NCBI RefSeq assembly: GCF_964355755.1
Contig: NC_092678.1
Location: 13,576,352 to 13,640,351, forward strand
Length of the DNA: 64,000 nt
Direction of reading: 5' to 3'
Origin: Antedon mediterranea
Taxonomy: Eukaryota; Animalia; Echinodermata
Both the position numbers and the translations under genes were made by a program. The notes beneath the pieces were generated by a model, which made no database searches, was not told the origin of the DNA, and saw only the letters and a program-made list of their open reading frames with translations. How positions within the stretch are numbered: position 1 is the first letter of the stretch; each line of letters begins with the position of its first letter. Of this stretch, positions 51,733 through 64,000 are shown piece by piece.

Positions 51733-52820
51733 TTAAAGTCCCCGGATACATAGCATTTCTTGTTCTCTTCTGTTACTTTTAATAAGGTATCATTAAGATC
51801 TGAAATAAATAAGTCTGTGTCTGTCCTGTGTGCGCGGTACACATTTCCAACAATTATATTTTTAGAGTCAGGATTAATGATTTCCACAAATATCGATTCA
51901 GAATGATCGTTATTAGTTAGGTTATTTTTAATTAAATTTAGATCTGCTCGGGTTTTAAAAGAAATAGAATTATGAATATATAAAGCCACTCCTCCACTTC
52001 TTCTGTCACGACGTGGGGTGTTAACCAGCGTATAATCCTCAATATGTATTAAATTACTTTGTTCAACATTAAACCACGTTTCAGAGCCGGGCAATGATAG
52101 TGAAATTATGTTTAAGATTTGAAAGAAAATGCATTATACCTTCCTGATTCTGGTTAAAAGTACGTGTGTTCAAGTGCAAAATAGAAAAATTGTCACTGGG
52201 ATACTCTAGTTTACAGGTTAAATCACATAGGTATTTACAGCTAGTGTTATAATCGGTATTTGACATATTTAAGTTGTCGTGGTGGATAGCAGAGTGGATA
52301 GCGTCTTCATACAAGAACTGGTTAAGTTTCAAGCTTAACATTTTATTGTAGTCAATTGTGTTATCAAAACAATACAAAGCAAATTTAAATTCATTGTCAT
52401 CTACAAAATGGTTAAAAGTTAATATCTCTCCAGTACAATTAAAGCAAAACCAGTTTTCTTTTATATCAAGGTTCGGATAAATACATCTATTATGATAGTA
52501 CATTTTACACAGTGAACAGAGAGTTTTGGGCTGCTGGCTATGAATTTGTTTAAAACATGTATTACAATTAATCATAGGCCAATGCAATGTGCAAAAAACA
52601 CAAACACAAAAACAAATAACACTTATTACAACTTATGTGGATTAAGTAATGAATAGGTAGGTACACAGTGTTCAGAGATAAGCATTTCAAGGATCACCAT
52701 CAAAAGTATAATTGTAATTCAGTCAATTATAAATATAGGCCTAGTGATAGATTAAACCGTCTTCAATTAAAGTAAAAAGGAAATACAAAGGTGTTCATAA
52801 CATTGTTACAGCTTGATTGT

Positions 52821-53694
52821 CTATTTGTTCCATTCAACTCCATCAACCATCAGCTTAATTTTGGTTCCAGTAATTTTAATTTTTGTTTGCCTTCCGTTAG
52901 CAGCCAGTTTATTTCGGATTGGTATCAGGCGTTTTCTTTCTTCTTGCATTACGATGGGTAGATGAGGGGCGATTCCAATCTTCTTATTATTAATGGTAAT
53001 AAGTTTTTCTCTAGGGCATGTCAGTACCAGGTTACGGTCAGCCATTTTGACAAATTTAGCGATGATGGGCTGAGAGTTATTCCCCTTTGTTGGTAGACGA
53101 TGTACATTCATAAATTGAATGTTAGTGTGTCCGGGAACCTTGATATCGGCTAATATTTTTCTCAGTGTCTGTTCTGTATTCTCGGATGGGATATATGGGA
53201 TATTGAAGAAAAGGAGGTTCGACTTTTTGCTATATAACTCCATCTCCAATCGTGATTGGTCCAATAAGCTAATCTTGCTTCGCATTTCTTCGGCAAGTTG
53301 CGGAATGACGCAATTGTTGACGTCATGAATATCTGATCGAAGGGTTGACTTCACTTTTTATGCTTTTAATTTCTTTTCTTAGATCAGTAAATTGTTGGGA
53401 TAAGCCTTCAAATTGGTGTCGCATATCAGCTCCCATTTTGCTCACAAGTTGATACAATGAGTTCATATCAATGGTAGGCATACTATCGGTATTTGTTTTA
53501 TTCACGGCCCGGTTAACGTTTTGCGTACCAGAGCTAGATGCATATTCAGGTGGTGGTATTGTGTCCGTATGCTGTGCTGTACTTGCCATAGTAGCTAGAT
53601 ATGTAGGAGATTTTGGTTCTAAAATATTACCTTTTGTATCATTGGTTGACTTTTTAACTGGCTTCTTAACTGATTGTGATCTTGTTCGCCTCAT
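52821..53694 (-). pseudogene. LINE ORF1 (coiled coil + RRM-like), one frameshift at ~53340
   Basis: ELYSKKSNLLFFNIP...ENT, VHRL, PIIAKF motifs typical of L1-type/Transposase_22 ORF1p; overlapping ORFs 53323-53694 and 52821-53354. Confidence 0.85.
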
Positions 53695-54771
53695 GAAGAG
53701 TAGATTTAGGCTGGTAAATGATTCAGACTAGTTGGTAAAAATAAGTGGTGAAAACTCCGGATTAGCTTACGTACATACCGTGTTACTATTGTACAAAATA
53801 CTTTGATATGATAGGCTAGCTTCTCCGCAAATCAAACATTGAATGGATCATAATTACGCGGAGATAATTTTGATTTCCAACCCAGACCCTGTCCTGTTCT
53901 GTGTGGTGGTGTAGCCCTGTTGTGTGCCGGTGGTATATGTAGGCCTACTTATTTGCGTTTTATTTGGCAGGTCATACGTGCGGGTTGAGTAGGACCTACG
54001 AAAGAGGCCTAGGCCAAGGACTAAACAATTAATAAACAAAACAACTTGGCATATACGATTTAGTATATTTCAACAGTCTCGATCAGCACTGTCACGTCCG
54101 AACTCGATCTTTTTCATTTTGAAACAAAATGATCATTGGTTGATTCGAAATCCATATTTACATACCGCCCGCCCTATATAGCCAAATACGGTATGATAAA
54201 CTACGTCATTCTTATCGGATGTTTGCGGTCTGCAAATCGATTTCTATACGTGTTTCACAAGTCTGTATTTTCAGACAAAAATCACGGTCGAAATAAAAAA
54301 AATAAATTAAAAAAAAGATAATACAGACTTGGGGCAAGTCTATATTTGGTTATAATGTAAACAACAAATGCAATACCTTTAAAATAAAATAAGTTAATAT
54401 TGTGTCCCTAAAATAATATATAATATGTACCTTTGTCTTCACATGTATCGCCTTCCCAGCCAACGTTACATCGACAAAACCCAGATATACAATCACCATT
54501 CACACAATTCGAGGTGCAGGTTCCTAAATAAATTAAATTCAATATTATTGTATAAATGTTAACATGGATTAATGAATTCGGTTTTAAAAACAATTAAATT
54601 GATAAAATCCAAGTGCAGAGAGGTTTACCATTGTTACAACTATTTCCAGACCATCCTGGTAGACATTGACATACACTATCGATGCATACTCCACGACCTG
54701 AACACTGCTGTGGACATCCTGAAATGAACAAATATTGCACAATATACTTTAATAGTCGTGTAAATTTTGTA

Positions 54772-56317
54772 ATCCTTGTAATCGTCCTGTTTCAATTTTA
54801 TATTATTCTTCTGTCTTTCTCCATCACTTTTTGTGCAGAGCGTATCTCTAAAATGGGTAAACATAACATTTCATAACTTTGTCAACATATGGGCATTTAC
54901 GTGAAGTTGTGCACCTCCTATTTTTGAATGACGTCAGAGTTGCGCAACGTGACTTACGCGCGATTTTATGATTTTTTATGATTGCTCATAGACTAAAAAC
55001 CAAGCATAATTTAGTTTTGACACTTTGTGAAAATTTAAGTCATATCAAGGGCAAACTTTTTGTGGATTAAAAATGGCATGTTTTACAAGAAGTTACGCGT
55101 GCACGCGCATTTAAAGTTTCAAAATGCGTAAAATTAATTTCTAATCAACTTTTTACACGACTCATGACATTTTGCGCCTGTCAAAAATTCCCACGTGCGC
55201 ACATTTTTTTACGCGCGCGGTGGCCACGTACCGTGAAAAACATCTTTTTTTCTCATGAATTATGTTTTTCCAGCCTTTTAGAGTAATTTTACCATTTTAA
55301 AACAATTTTTGACTTAAAATTACGTCATACGAGCACGTCGAATTGGAAAATTTGCGCGCGTTTTGATGAAAAAGTTCAAAAATTCATGAAAATTATGCCT
55401 TTTTTTAAATAGTCATAGATTCTAAACTACATGGAGAACTTTTTTTTAATTACATATTCTGGAAGTTGATGAGTTGTAGATATCGGATCATGCATTAATA
55501 TGGCTAACCGGACATTGTGACGTCATCGTATGGCCACGCGAATATAAAATATAGGATTTTTGTCTCTTTCGTCATAGCTCATCACATTTAATAGAGCGCA
55601 TCTCCACATATTCGTTGTCCATTTTCACCCCGATTTTAATATATTCTAGGTCAATCAACTATCTTTAGCATGAATTAAAATTTTTTTAATTTTTTTAACG
55701 TCATCATGCCTAACAATTTAAATTACGTTGGTCATTAATTTCATCTTTACAATAAATTTTAATCTGTTATACCTCGTAAGAATAAAATGTGATAATCACG
55801 ATTAAAACGTTTTCAGGAAGCTATTGTATTGTAGATACAAAATCATGTGTAAATTGTGCCAATTGAATGTTGTGACGTCATCATAAGGGCAGTTAAATAA
55901 AAAAAGTCGTATTTTCATCTTTTGCATTATATTTCATTAAATTTAAAAGAGCGCGCATCAATATTTCACGTATTCAAATTTCTTCTACACGTTACTATGT
56001 TGTTGCTGAGATAATTTCATTCTGAAATTTCTACTTTTGCATTTCATTTTGAAACCGTAAAGATGTTAAAAATTACAATAAAATACGGGTCCCGTAATTT
56101 CACCTATTTTACACTGTTTGTGATATGTATACAGATTGTACTGTGCATACTATATGACACAAAATAACATAATTCAGAAATAACAACATATCATATTCTT
56201 CAGTTCAGGTCATAATGCCTTAATATTTTTCTGTGTGCAATATTCTAACGTATGACGTGCACGTGGCGTTTGTCGAGCGGATAACTAACCCGTCAAAGTG
56301 ACGAGTTTCATGTCTAG
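54772..56317 (+). mobile_element. Helentron family A, 5' hairpin deleted
   Basis: 3' gcggataactaa-cccgtcaaagtgacgag-tttcatgtctag at 56277-56317; body homologous to 50118-51732. Confidence 0.85.
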
Positions 56318-57455
56318 TTCTTCTTTCTTTCCACGAATTTTGTCCGCAGTGTATCTCTATCTTCTGGCCAACATAAGATTGTATAACTTTGTCATAAGAT
56401 TTACCTATAGCTGTAGATTTGCAGCCAAGCTTTTCGACGATATCGGAGTTGCGCAGCGTAAGTTACGCGCGATTTTATGAATTTCAATGATTGATCATAG
56501 ATTAAAAACTAAAAGTCATTTTGTATTGAAACTTGGTGAAAATTTAAGTCATATCATGCAAAAACTTTCTATGGATAAAAAATGGCATGTTTCACAAAAA
56601 GTTACGCGCGCACGCGCGTTTAAAATTTTATTATGCGTAAAATCAATTTCTAATCAACTTTCTACGCGTTTCAGATCATTTTGAGCATTTCAAAAATTCC
56701 CAAGCGTGCGCAATTTTTTTACGCGCGCGTGCGCACTTAGCGCAAACACATCTTTTTTTTGCTTCATTTTTGTTTTTTCAGCCTTTTTCTATTAAATTTA
56801 CCAATCTTCAATCAATTTTGACTTAAAATCACGTCATACGAGCACGTAGAATTGAACAATTTGCGCGCGTTTTTGATGAAAAAGTTCAAAAATTTTTCAA
56901 AATTATGCTTTTTTTTAAACAGTCATAAATTCTAAACTCTGTGGTGAACATTTTTAAAATTTCAGATTCTGGAAGTAAATGAGTTGTAGATATCAAATCA
57001 TGCATCCATATGGCTAACCGGACATTGTGACGTCATCGTATGGCCACTCGAATATAAAATATAGGATTTTTGTCACTTTCGCATAGCCTATCACATTTAA
57101 AAGAGCGCATCTCCACTTATCCGTATTCCATTTCCCCCCATTTTGTTATATTGTCTAGGCCAATCCATTATCTTTCGCATAATCTACCATTTTTAAAATT
57201 GTGATGACGTCATCATGTCTAAAAGCGTCAATAACTTTGGTCACTTATTTTCACCTATTCTGCACTGTATGTAGTACGTATACAGAATATAGTGTACCGT
57301 ATATACTTTGACGTGACGCAAAATAGAGAGAGCACTAACGTTTTTTCAATGGCATAATCGTTTTTTTTTGCGCGCATTATTCTAACGTATGACGTGCACG
57401 TGGCTTTTGCGCTGCGGATAACCTAACTCGTCCGTAGTGACGAGTTCAAATCTAG
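56318..57455 (+). mobile_element. Helentron family B body and 3' end
   Basis: Homologous to ~17125-18220; ends gcggataacctaactcgtccgtagtgacgagttcaaatctag. Confidence 0.85.
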
Positions 57456-59827
57456 TTCCGTTTGGCGTTTCATAAATTTCGTGAGAAAATGATGCTAGCA
57501 CTTACCTATTTGCAGTGACTGTTGATTTGAGAATGACATATCATTTGTTACAGCGACGTCGTAGACACAAGATTGAAAAAGAACAGCATTTTCTATTGTA
57601 TTTTGTAGAGTCGTTGCCATCTGTTTATTAATTAAAAAAGTAAAATTTTGAATGTATCCGTGACGAAACAATGAAAAGACACAAAAATACTGAAAAAAAT
57701 TCAATTCCACGACATTTTTGTCAGACAACTGCAGTACATAAACGACGAATTACTTTAGTTGAACATTTCAAACTGGATTGAAAGTTAACAAACTAATAAC
57801 CTACTGTATTATCCCTGTAAAATTATAGAAACTCCACATAAAGACATTTAGCATTGCTCTCACATCCAAAGGTTTATAAGAAAATAATAAGAAAATGATA
57901 TACATACAACTGTTACTAAATAATATAATCAATAAAATGTTTTAGTAATAATCTGTACTTACCTCTACGATATCTTGATCTAAGTCATCTGAACTGTAGA
58001 CCGGTTCATATATCCTCGTGTAAGAACTATCCAACTCATCTAATGAATGAAAATTGGACGAATTTCACGACCAGGAACCATATAGTCCACCATTAGGATT
58101 AGAGCTTGAAAATTTCCCTAGTTTTCGGAAAAAGTTTGTGATACTTGTCAAAAAAAGATATGTGTATAAAACTGAAAATTCTCATCAAAATGTTGATGTC
58201 CTTTAAACTAAATAAATGATAATTAGAGATAATAATTTCTACTACAGTAAGTCTATTATTATATTATATTAAGACTATTCCTGTCTTACATGTTTCAACA
58301 AATTCAGTGACATTATTGAGATGGTAGAGGGCACCATCCGAACCAATAAAATCGTTGTCCGTGTCATCATCCATAAGACCACAGAGGCTTTCTGTGTTTC
58401 CAATAAAGCTGAGTGTAGGTGTTAGGAATAAGTTGAAGTATAGTCTCTCGATCGACTCACTAAACTGTACTTCGATGCCTACTGACGCACCTTAAAATAA
58501 ATAATTAATAGTTTGACAACAAACACTAGATAATTATTAATACAACTCTATTGAGACAATGTCATTAAAGATTGATAATGTTAAAACTTTAAAGCCGTAT
58601 TATCATTATTGATAAATAGAAATAAGATTATTTTTAAATCAGTGAAAATTTGATTGTTTTTTGTTAATATAAACAATTTATTTGTTTTAAAAGTATGGAA
58701 GTAGTTCCTGGATATGTTTTCTGTCCAATAAACAATGCAACATTCCACTTTAGAAATAGGGGTGAAAATGTTTTTGCCATCAAATAGTATATTAATTAAT
58801 AATTTAAACAAACAAACAAATCACCTGATTGGTATTCGAATGCCAAAATCATTATGGGACTTGACGAGTTACTGCTGTTTCTCAGCTGAGCATCTAATAG
58901 TACTGTTGAATTTGCCAGTTGGATTTTCTGCTCAGTGTTTATATCCAGTAATTCACCATTTAGTCTAGAAATGAAAAGTTTGTTTAAAGGCTTTAAATTG
59001 GAAAATGGTAAGCAAATATGGTGTTTTTTGGTTTTAAAATCAACAACATGGGCCATAAGTTAATATTATCACTTTATACTATAATTGTTTTCTCATATTC
59101 TTTAGGTTTGTATAATATTATAATATTCAGAATTGGCAATGTTTCAGAATCCGCTATCATTGGAGTGGTAATTGTCAAAACATCTTCTCTCAATTTCATG
59201 GAAATTCCTCCAGTTAATGAAGATCTGTGGCTTTCATAAAATCTTGCTTGTATACCAAAATCATTTTCAATGCTTCTGCATAACCAGAACTCGCCATTTC
59301 CATAGTAATCGTACTCCACACCTACAAGATATTTATTTGGAGTGTACTGTGGTAAGAAAGACTTACTATCTTGATTTTTGGTTTAATTAAAAAAAATCTA
59401 TTTTAATAACTTATTTATTATATTCTTGGAGAACAGAATATGGACTCAAATTGTACATGGTCCTTGTAATTACTTAATAAAACAAAATTTAATCTCGTAA
59501 ATCATAATTTAATGACAATTCCATTCATAGGGTGCTTTTTTGTTAATCGTTCTCGTTAGAGAATGCTGATAAAGCGTAATTTGCCAAACCAAAATGACAG
59601 AAAAACAGAATCAACCTTAATTTATTTATTTTATCACTCATCAAATCATTAACTCAGTTCCGTTATTTTCAATTCTTCATTAAAATATTTATATATAAAA
59701 TTGGGGGAAAAATAGAAAAAAAGACAAAAGAAATGAAAAGGAACAAAAAAATGTAAATAAAAAAATAAAGATAAAATAACAAGATAAAAAGGAAAAGGAA
59801 AAAAATAGTTGAATACAGTTATTACCG

Positions 59828-60016
59828 TCTAATGTCACAAGATGAGGATCTCCTCCAGTTCTAGCTGGTCTTCTAATGTCACAAGATGAGGATCTCCTCC
59901 AGTTCTAGCTGGTCTTCTAATGTCACAAGATGAGGATCTCCTCCAGTTCTAGCTGGTCTTCTAATGTCACAAGATGAGGATCTCCTCCAGTTCTAGCTGG
60001 TCTTCTAATGTCACAA
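59828..60016. repeat. 44-bp exonic tandem repeat x4 plus 13-bp partial
   Basis: aatgtcacaagatgaggatctcctccagttctagctggtcttct at 59831, 59875, 59919, 59963; partial at 60007; units identical. Confidence 0.95.
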
Positions 60017-63000
60017 CATTCTCCGATCCAAGCTCGATTACACTGACATCGCGATTGACAGCTGTTTGGCACCGAAGTACAGACACCGTTCCCAGAGCAA
60101 CCTGAACAAAGTAAATAATGTGCATTGTATCAATACTTATCATGAAATAGTATTTTAGTCAATACTGATTAATTAGAGTTTTGATTAGATTGAATTGATT
60201 ATCGCCTTGGTTAGATATTGTTACCTTGACATGACCGACAGTCGGGTCTATCACAGTGTTCACCTTGACGTCCATTTACACATATTGGTGGAATTCCACA
60301 TTGGTCATCTGGGACACATTCACAAAGACAATTGTTGATAACTTGAACTTCACCAACCAAACATGGCGGACATATGTCATTCATCAGGGGAAACGGACAA
60401 CCGTTTGAACCGATGGTGTAAGTTTGACAGTCAGAACAGGTACATTCACACGGGCAGCTTCCATCTGGTGCTATGATATCATATGACGCATCAGCACATT
60501 GACATGACCACTAAGGAAAAATTGCAATAATGTTGAATATATTATATTCAAAAGCATTATTTTTGTATTCTAGAAGATATACTCTGGTGAAATGATATGG
60601 TACTGTAGTTTTATTTTTAACTCAAATGTTCACATGCTTTTTTTACTAGTGGTTGCTTGAAATTGACCACTACACGTCATTTTAGAAGATATTGTTTAGT
60701 ATATCATTGATAAGCGTGTATATAGTGTGAAGTGAGTGTTTAGATCGGCGAAGAAGATGTAAAATGAACAAACCGGGCATGATCCATCTGGAGACATATT
60801 CCTCAGAGTAGCATCAAGACATGTACATGGGCACTCCATTACAGCATTGGTTTGAGAGACTGTGTAGCCGTCAGGACAATAATTAGGCATTTCAGTAGTC
60901 TCTGTGGTAACACTAGGCATTGGTTGGGCTCGGCACTCTCTGTTAAAGAAAATAAGTACATTTTAAACCGAGTCCATAGTTGTTAAGTGATATCAGTTAG
61001 GAAGTGATATTAGTTGAAAATTGATATCAATTGGTCAGCAAGCAACAAATCATAATAAATATACAGGAGGATGGTAAAGAATCGCACCGTAACGTATGAA
61101 AATATTACCTTGTGTGAACCGTTAACTCATTCGTTTTTGATCTGTGCGATTTGTGTTAGGTCGACTTGGTTATATGTTGTGAGCATATTCATGTTTGTAA
61201 GACCACCATATAATATGTCAGCGTTTGGTATATCACAAGGTAGACTATTATTTTGATTACAAACATCATCACACATCAAAATTGTGTAGTTTGTCTGAAT
61301 ATCGAATGTAGTAGAAAATTGAAAAGCTGACGATGTTTCCTCTTCTGAATTCCAAGCACATCTCGTTTCATTTATTCCAACTAATTCAAGGATTAATAAT
61401 GTAAGATCAAAGTTTAGTACACTACATTACAGTAATGAAATGTACAAACTGATTACTACACTATGGTACTACATTAAAAAAAGAATGATATACTAAAATA
61501 CTTAACAAGTAAAATTACAAATACACATTTCAGTATAAAAAAATTATTTAATAAACTTTATTCAATACAGGTATTTCAATTTTCCTACCAAAATTTGCCA
61601 GCCAATCAGGCAGGGTAGATTTAGTAGTGCAGAATGGTGCTACAGGTTCAGATGGAAATGTAAACACTATTGTTGGTGTCAATGTGGCATTCACGGATAT
61701 TGTAATGTTCTTTTCTTCAAGTTGTGTTGCATACACCGCTCTTGTTGAACTTGTATTTGCATTAGCTACCTATAAATAGTACAAAGTGAATGGTGCGTTT
61801 TATTTACATTATAAAGCAAATAATAGGGTCTCTACAGAACCCGGAAGGAACAATATTTGCCAACTCATGACAACTTAAACTTCATACACCTTCAATATCA
61901 CGAAAGAAATGTAACATATAGAACTATCATTTAATTTAACTTGATTATCTAAGTGATTAAATAATAATACAAACCGTTGGAGGTAGTATAACCAATCTAT
62001 CCTCCTGTGGTCTGAGACCTGAACCAAAGCTTATATATCCACTAGAGGTAACACCAAAAGTGGTTTCCAACGAAGCCTTAAAGACAAATAGTAAAATACG
62101 GTAATTATTTGTGTATTTCTTTATCAACAATTTTAAATAAAATCTTAAATACGAATTATTTTTAAGTGTAAACTATGACAATCCAATATAGTGATGCCTT
62201 TTTCTGAAATAGATTGATTGATTCATGTTATAATCAATATACTTACAGGCAGGTCAACAGATACGGAATACTTGACCTGGATATAACCAGATAGAGGAAT
62301 AGGTACATTTCCCAACGTAACGTAATAAGAACCAATTCTTCTTTTATCAACAAATTGGTTTTCATTAACGTAATCAAATCTATAAATAAAAATTAATTAA
62401 AGTAATACTACTAGAATTGTATCGTGATTATTTTGTTATATAAGGTAAAATTACACTTACCTATCTCCCGCCTTGATTTTCATATGAATACCCGCCTCTA
62501 CAGTACCCTCATATACTACATCAAGTTGACTGAATTTGACTACATCATTTTGAAAAGTTAGCCGCAGAGATGGATTGAATTTAAAGTCTGGCTTGATTTC
62601 ATATGAAATATTTCCATTCTGATTTTTAAAATAGCAACATAGTTAAGTATTGATATTATTTACATACCGATGTATATGTATTCTATAACCTTTAATAAAA
62701 AAAACATTGATTCACTTATATCAATTTGTTGATGGCAATCGATAACGCTCCGAGATCAGCCGTTTTGTATTCCACGATCACATAATATGTAGGCTACATT
62801 ATTAATATAAAAACATTAAAAAAGCGCTTACTTTGTATGTCTGTGGTTCAGTAAGACGTATGTCTATTGGCAATTTACGATTTGCAGTAACATTGTTTAT
62901 GACGTCACCAAACTCCTGATGATCTCGTATGACAAGAAGTTCTATAAATACTAAATTATCTTGAACTTTATATTCTGTAACCTATTAAGGTAAATGATAC

Positions 63001-64000
63001 ATACATATTATAAAAATGAGATAAACTGGGAAGAAACAAATTAGAATTTCATAATCTGTTTTTTAACATTCATTAATTCCGATAATGACAGTATATATGA
63101 TTAAGATATTTTAAAGATTAATATTGGGTATCTTGACTGTTAAAAACTGTACCTTTCCGATTAAACCACTTGTTTCACGCCCAGTAACTGTGCTGTCATT
63201 GGCTATCTGTTCTTTTGTTATTTTTCCATCGATTATAAAAAGTCCTTCTGTGTCATATTCACCTCCACTGCATCCAAGTGTAGCTTTTTCAGAAATAACG
63301 GCAGAAGGATTTGTTGCCAAGCTGCAAGAAAGCATTAATGTACCCTTTCAGATCATTATTATTATTACACTACCACATACCAATGTTATTATAAACATAA
63401 AGTAACTAATGTGTCTGTCCATGTGGATTTGTTACTGCAGTCGACAATCATGGTTTCAATAAAAGTAGCGTTTTGCTCTTCAACAATATTAACAACAGAT
63501 TCGTCCCAACAGATATATCATATAAACTTGCTACTTCAAGAGTCAAAACGACAACTTTTGAATGAAGGCTACTTATTCCAGGTACATTTCTACTCCCAAG
63601 ACATTTATGAAAAGGAACGTCTGTAATTAGAAAAAGAAATAAATAACATTACGCGACGACAAATCAATCAACGATGGCACAATGTGTCTTTTTTATGTTT
63701 ACAGTTTCCATAAAATACGATTCATCATAATACTTTTTAAAATGAAATGACACAAAAAACCTTTGAGTATGACAATGTCTTCATTTGGATATGACACTCG
63801 ATTATTGATGACGTCTGCCAAAAACGAAGCATCTGGGGTATCACTTGAATCAACCATTGGAGTGATATCTAACAGATCTTGGAAATTTGCATATGCCAAT
63901 ACTTCATCTAATCTCCCTAATCTTGCTTTAATCATACTGTGTCTCCCTATAATGTAATGTCATAAAGATAATTTTAACATTTTCTTCAACAGATCATTAC

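Larger units (their letters stand above)
46807..52587 (-). pseudogene. LINE ORF2: PHD finger, APE endonuclease, reverse transcriptase (disrupted)
   Basis: CNTC...CSLCKMYYHNRC...WFCFNC; SETW, GGVALYI, GDFN, LLDNIF, DHYP; FLDLSKAFDT, GVPQGSILGPLLFIIY, YADDT. Split by frameshifts and two insertions. Confidence 0.93.
46341..54108 (-). mobile_element. Near full-length CR1/L2-group non-LTR retrotransposon
   Basis: 5'UTR, ORF1, ORF2 (PHD-APE-RT), 3'UTR ending aataaa(ctgaaa)3; 5' boundary approximate, no TSD seen. Confidence 0.88.
45931..54342. mobile_element. 8.4 kb composite insertion bounded by a short non-autonomous DNA transposon (Academ/AcademH-like)
   Basis: 9-bp TSD tatttggtt (45922-30, 54343-51), single copy at the left-arm empty site ~1527-1535; TAG...CTA termini with imperfect TIR tagtctgggttccagac / gacttggggcaagtcta. 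Superfamily is inferred. Confidence 0.65.
42754..54767. repeat. Outer right arm of inverted duplication
   Basis: Reverse complement of 1107-5529; lacks the equivalent of ~4586-5332 and carries an 8.4 kb insertion. Confidence 0.93.
44696..64000 (-). pseudogene. Multi-exon VWD + EGF-repeat extracellular protein pseudogene (VWDE-like); exons include 60226-60511, 59826-60101, ~59126-59321, 58826-58964, 58291-58491, 57963-~58140, 54629-54718, 54431-54523, 45701-45788, 45258-45410, 44696-44957, plus probable upstream exons 60720-63960
   Basis: GCSGNGVC...CCDIRRPARTGGDPHLVTLDG/VEYDYYGNGEFWL and SLCGLMDDDTDNDF are VWD hallmarks, followed by EGF exons. Disabled by the 44-bp exonic expansion, TGA at ~58066-68 and a frameshift at ~45764. 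Upstream exon borders are less certain. Confidence 0.82.

Noticed and set aside
54090-54125. TSD for the LINE
   Set aside because: No convincing direct repeat with 46320-46345; the 5' boundary remains approximate.
59828-60016. CRISPR-like array (44-bp repeats)
   Set aside because: Units are contiguous with no spacers, lie in a eukaryotic exon, and no cas genes are present.

Overview
AT-rich eukaryotic (animal, probably marine invertebrate; inference from GT-AG introns, Deu-type SINE, Sola2 and Helentron content) genomic window with no intact gene that I can support. It is dominated by a giant interrupted palindrome: left arm ~1107-18762 and right arm ~21727-54767 around a ~3 kb single-copy spacer, with a non-shared block (5530-8490 vs 38911-42753). 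The arms carry three truncated, intron-containing pseudogenes: a VWD+EGF-repeat gene, a UMOD/GP2/OIT3-like D8C-domain fragment, and the 3' half of condensin-II subunit D3 (NCAPD3). Because each arm gives the empty site for insertions in the other, several transposon boundaries and TSDs can be read exactly. These include a 6.6 kb CMC/EnSpm-like element full of satellite arrays and an 8.4 kb 9-bp-TSD element holding a near full-length CR1/L2-group LINE, which itself holds a Harbinger-like MITE and a Helentron. Also present: a Sola2-like element with a nested SINE, two related non-autonomous Helentron families, and several MITEs and minisatellites.
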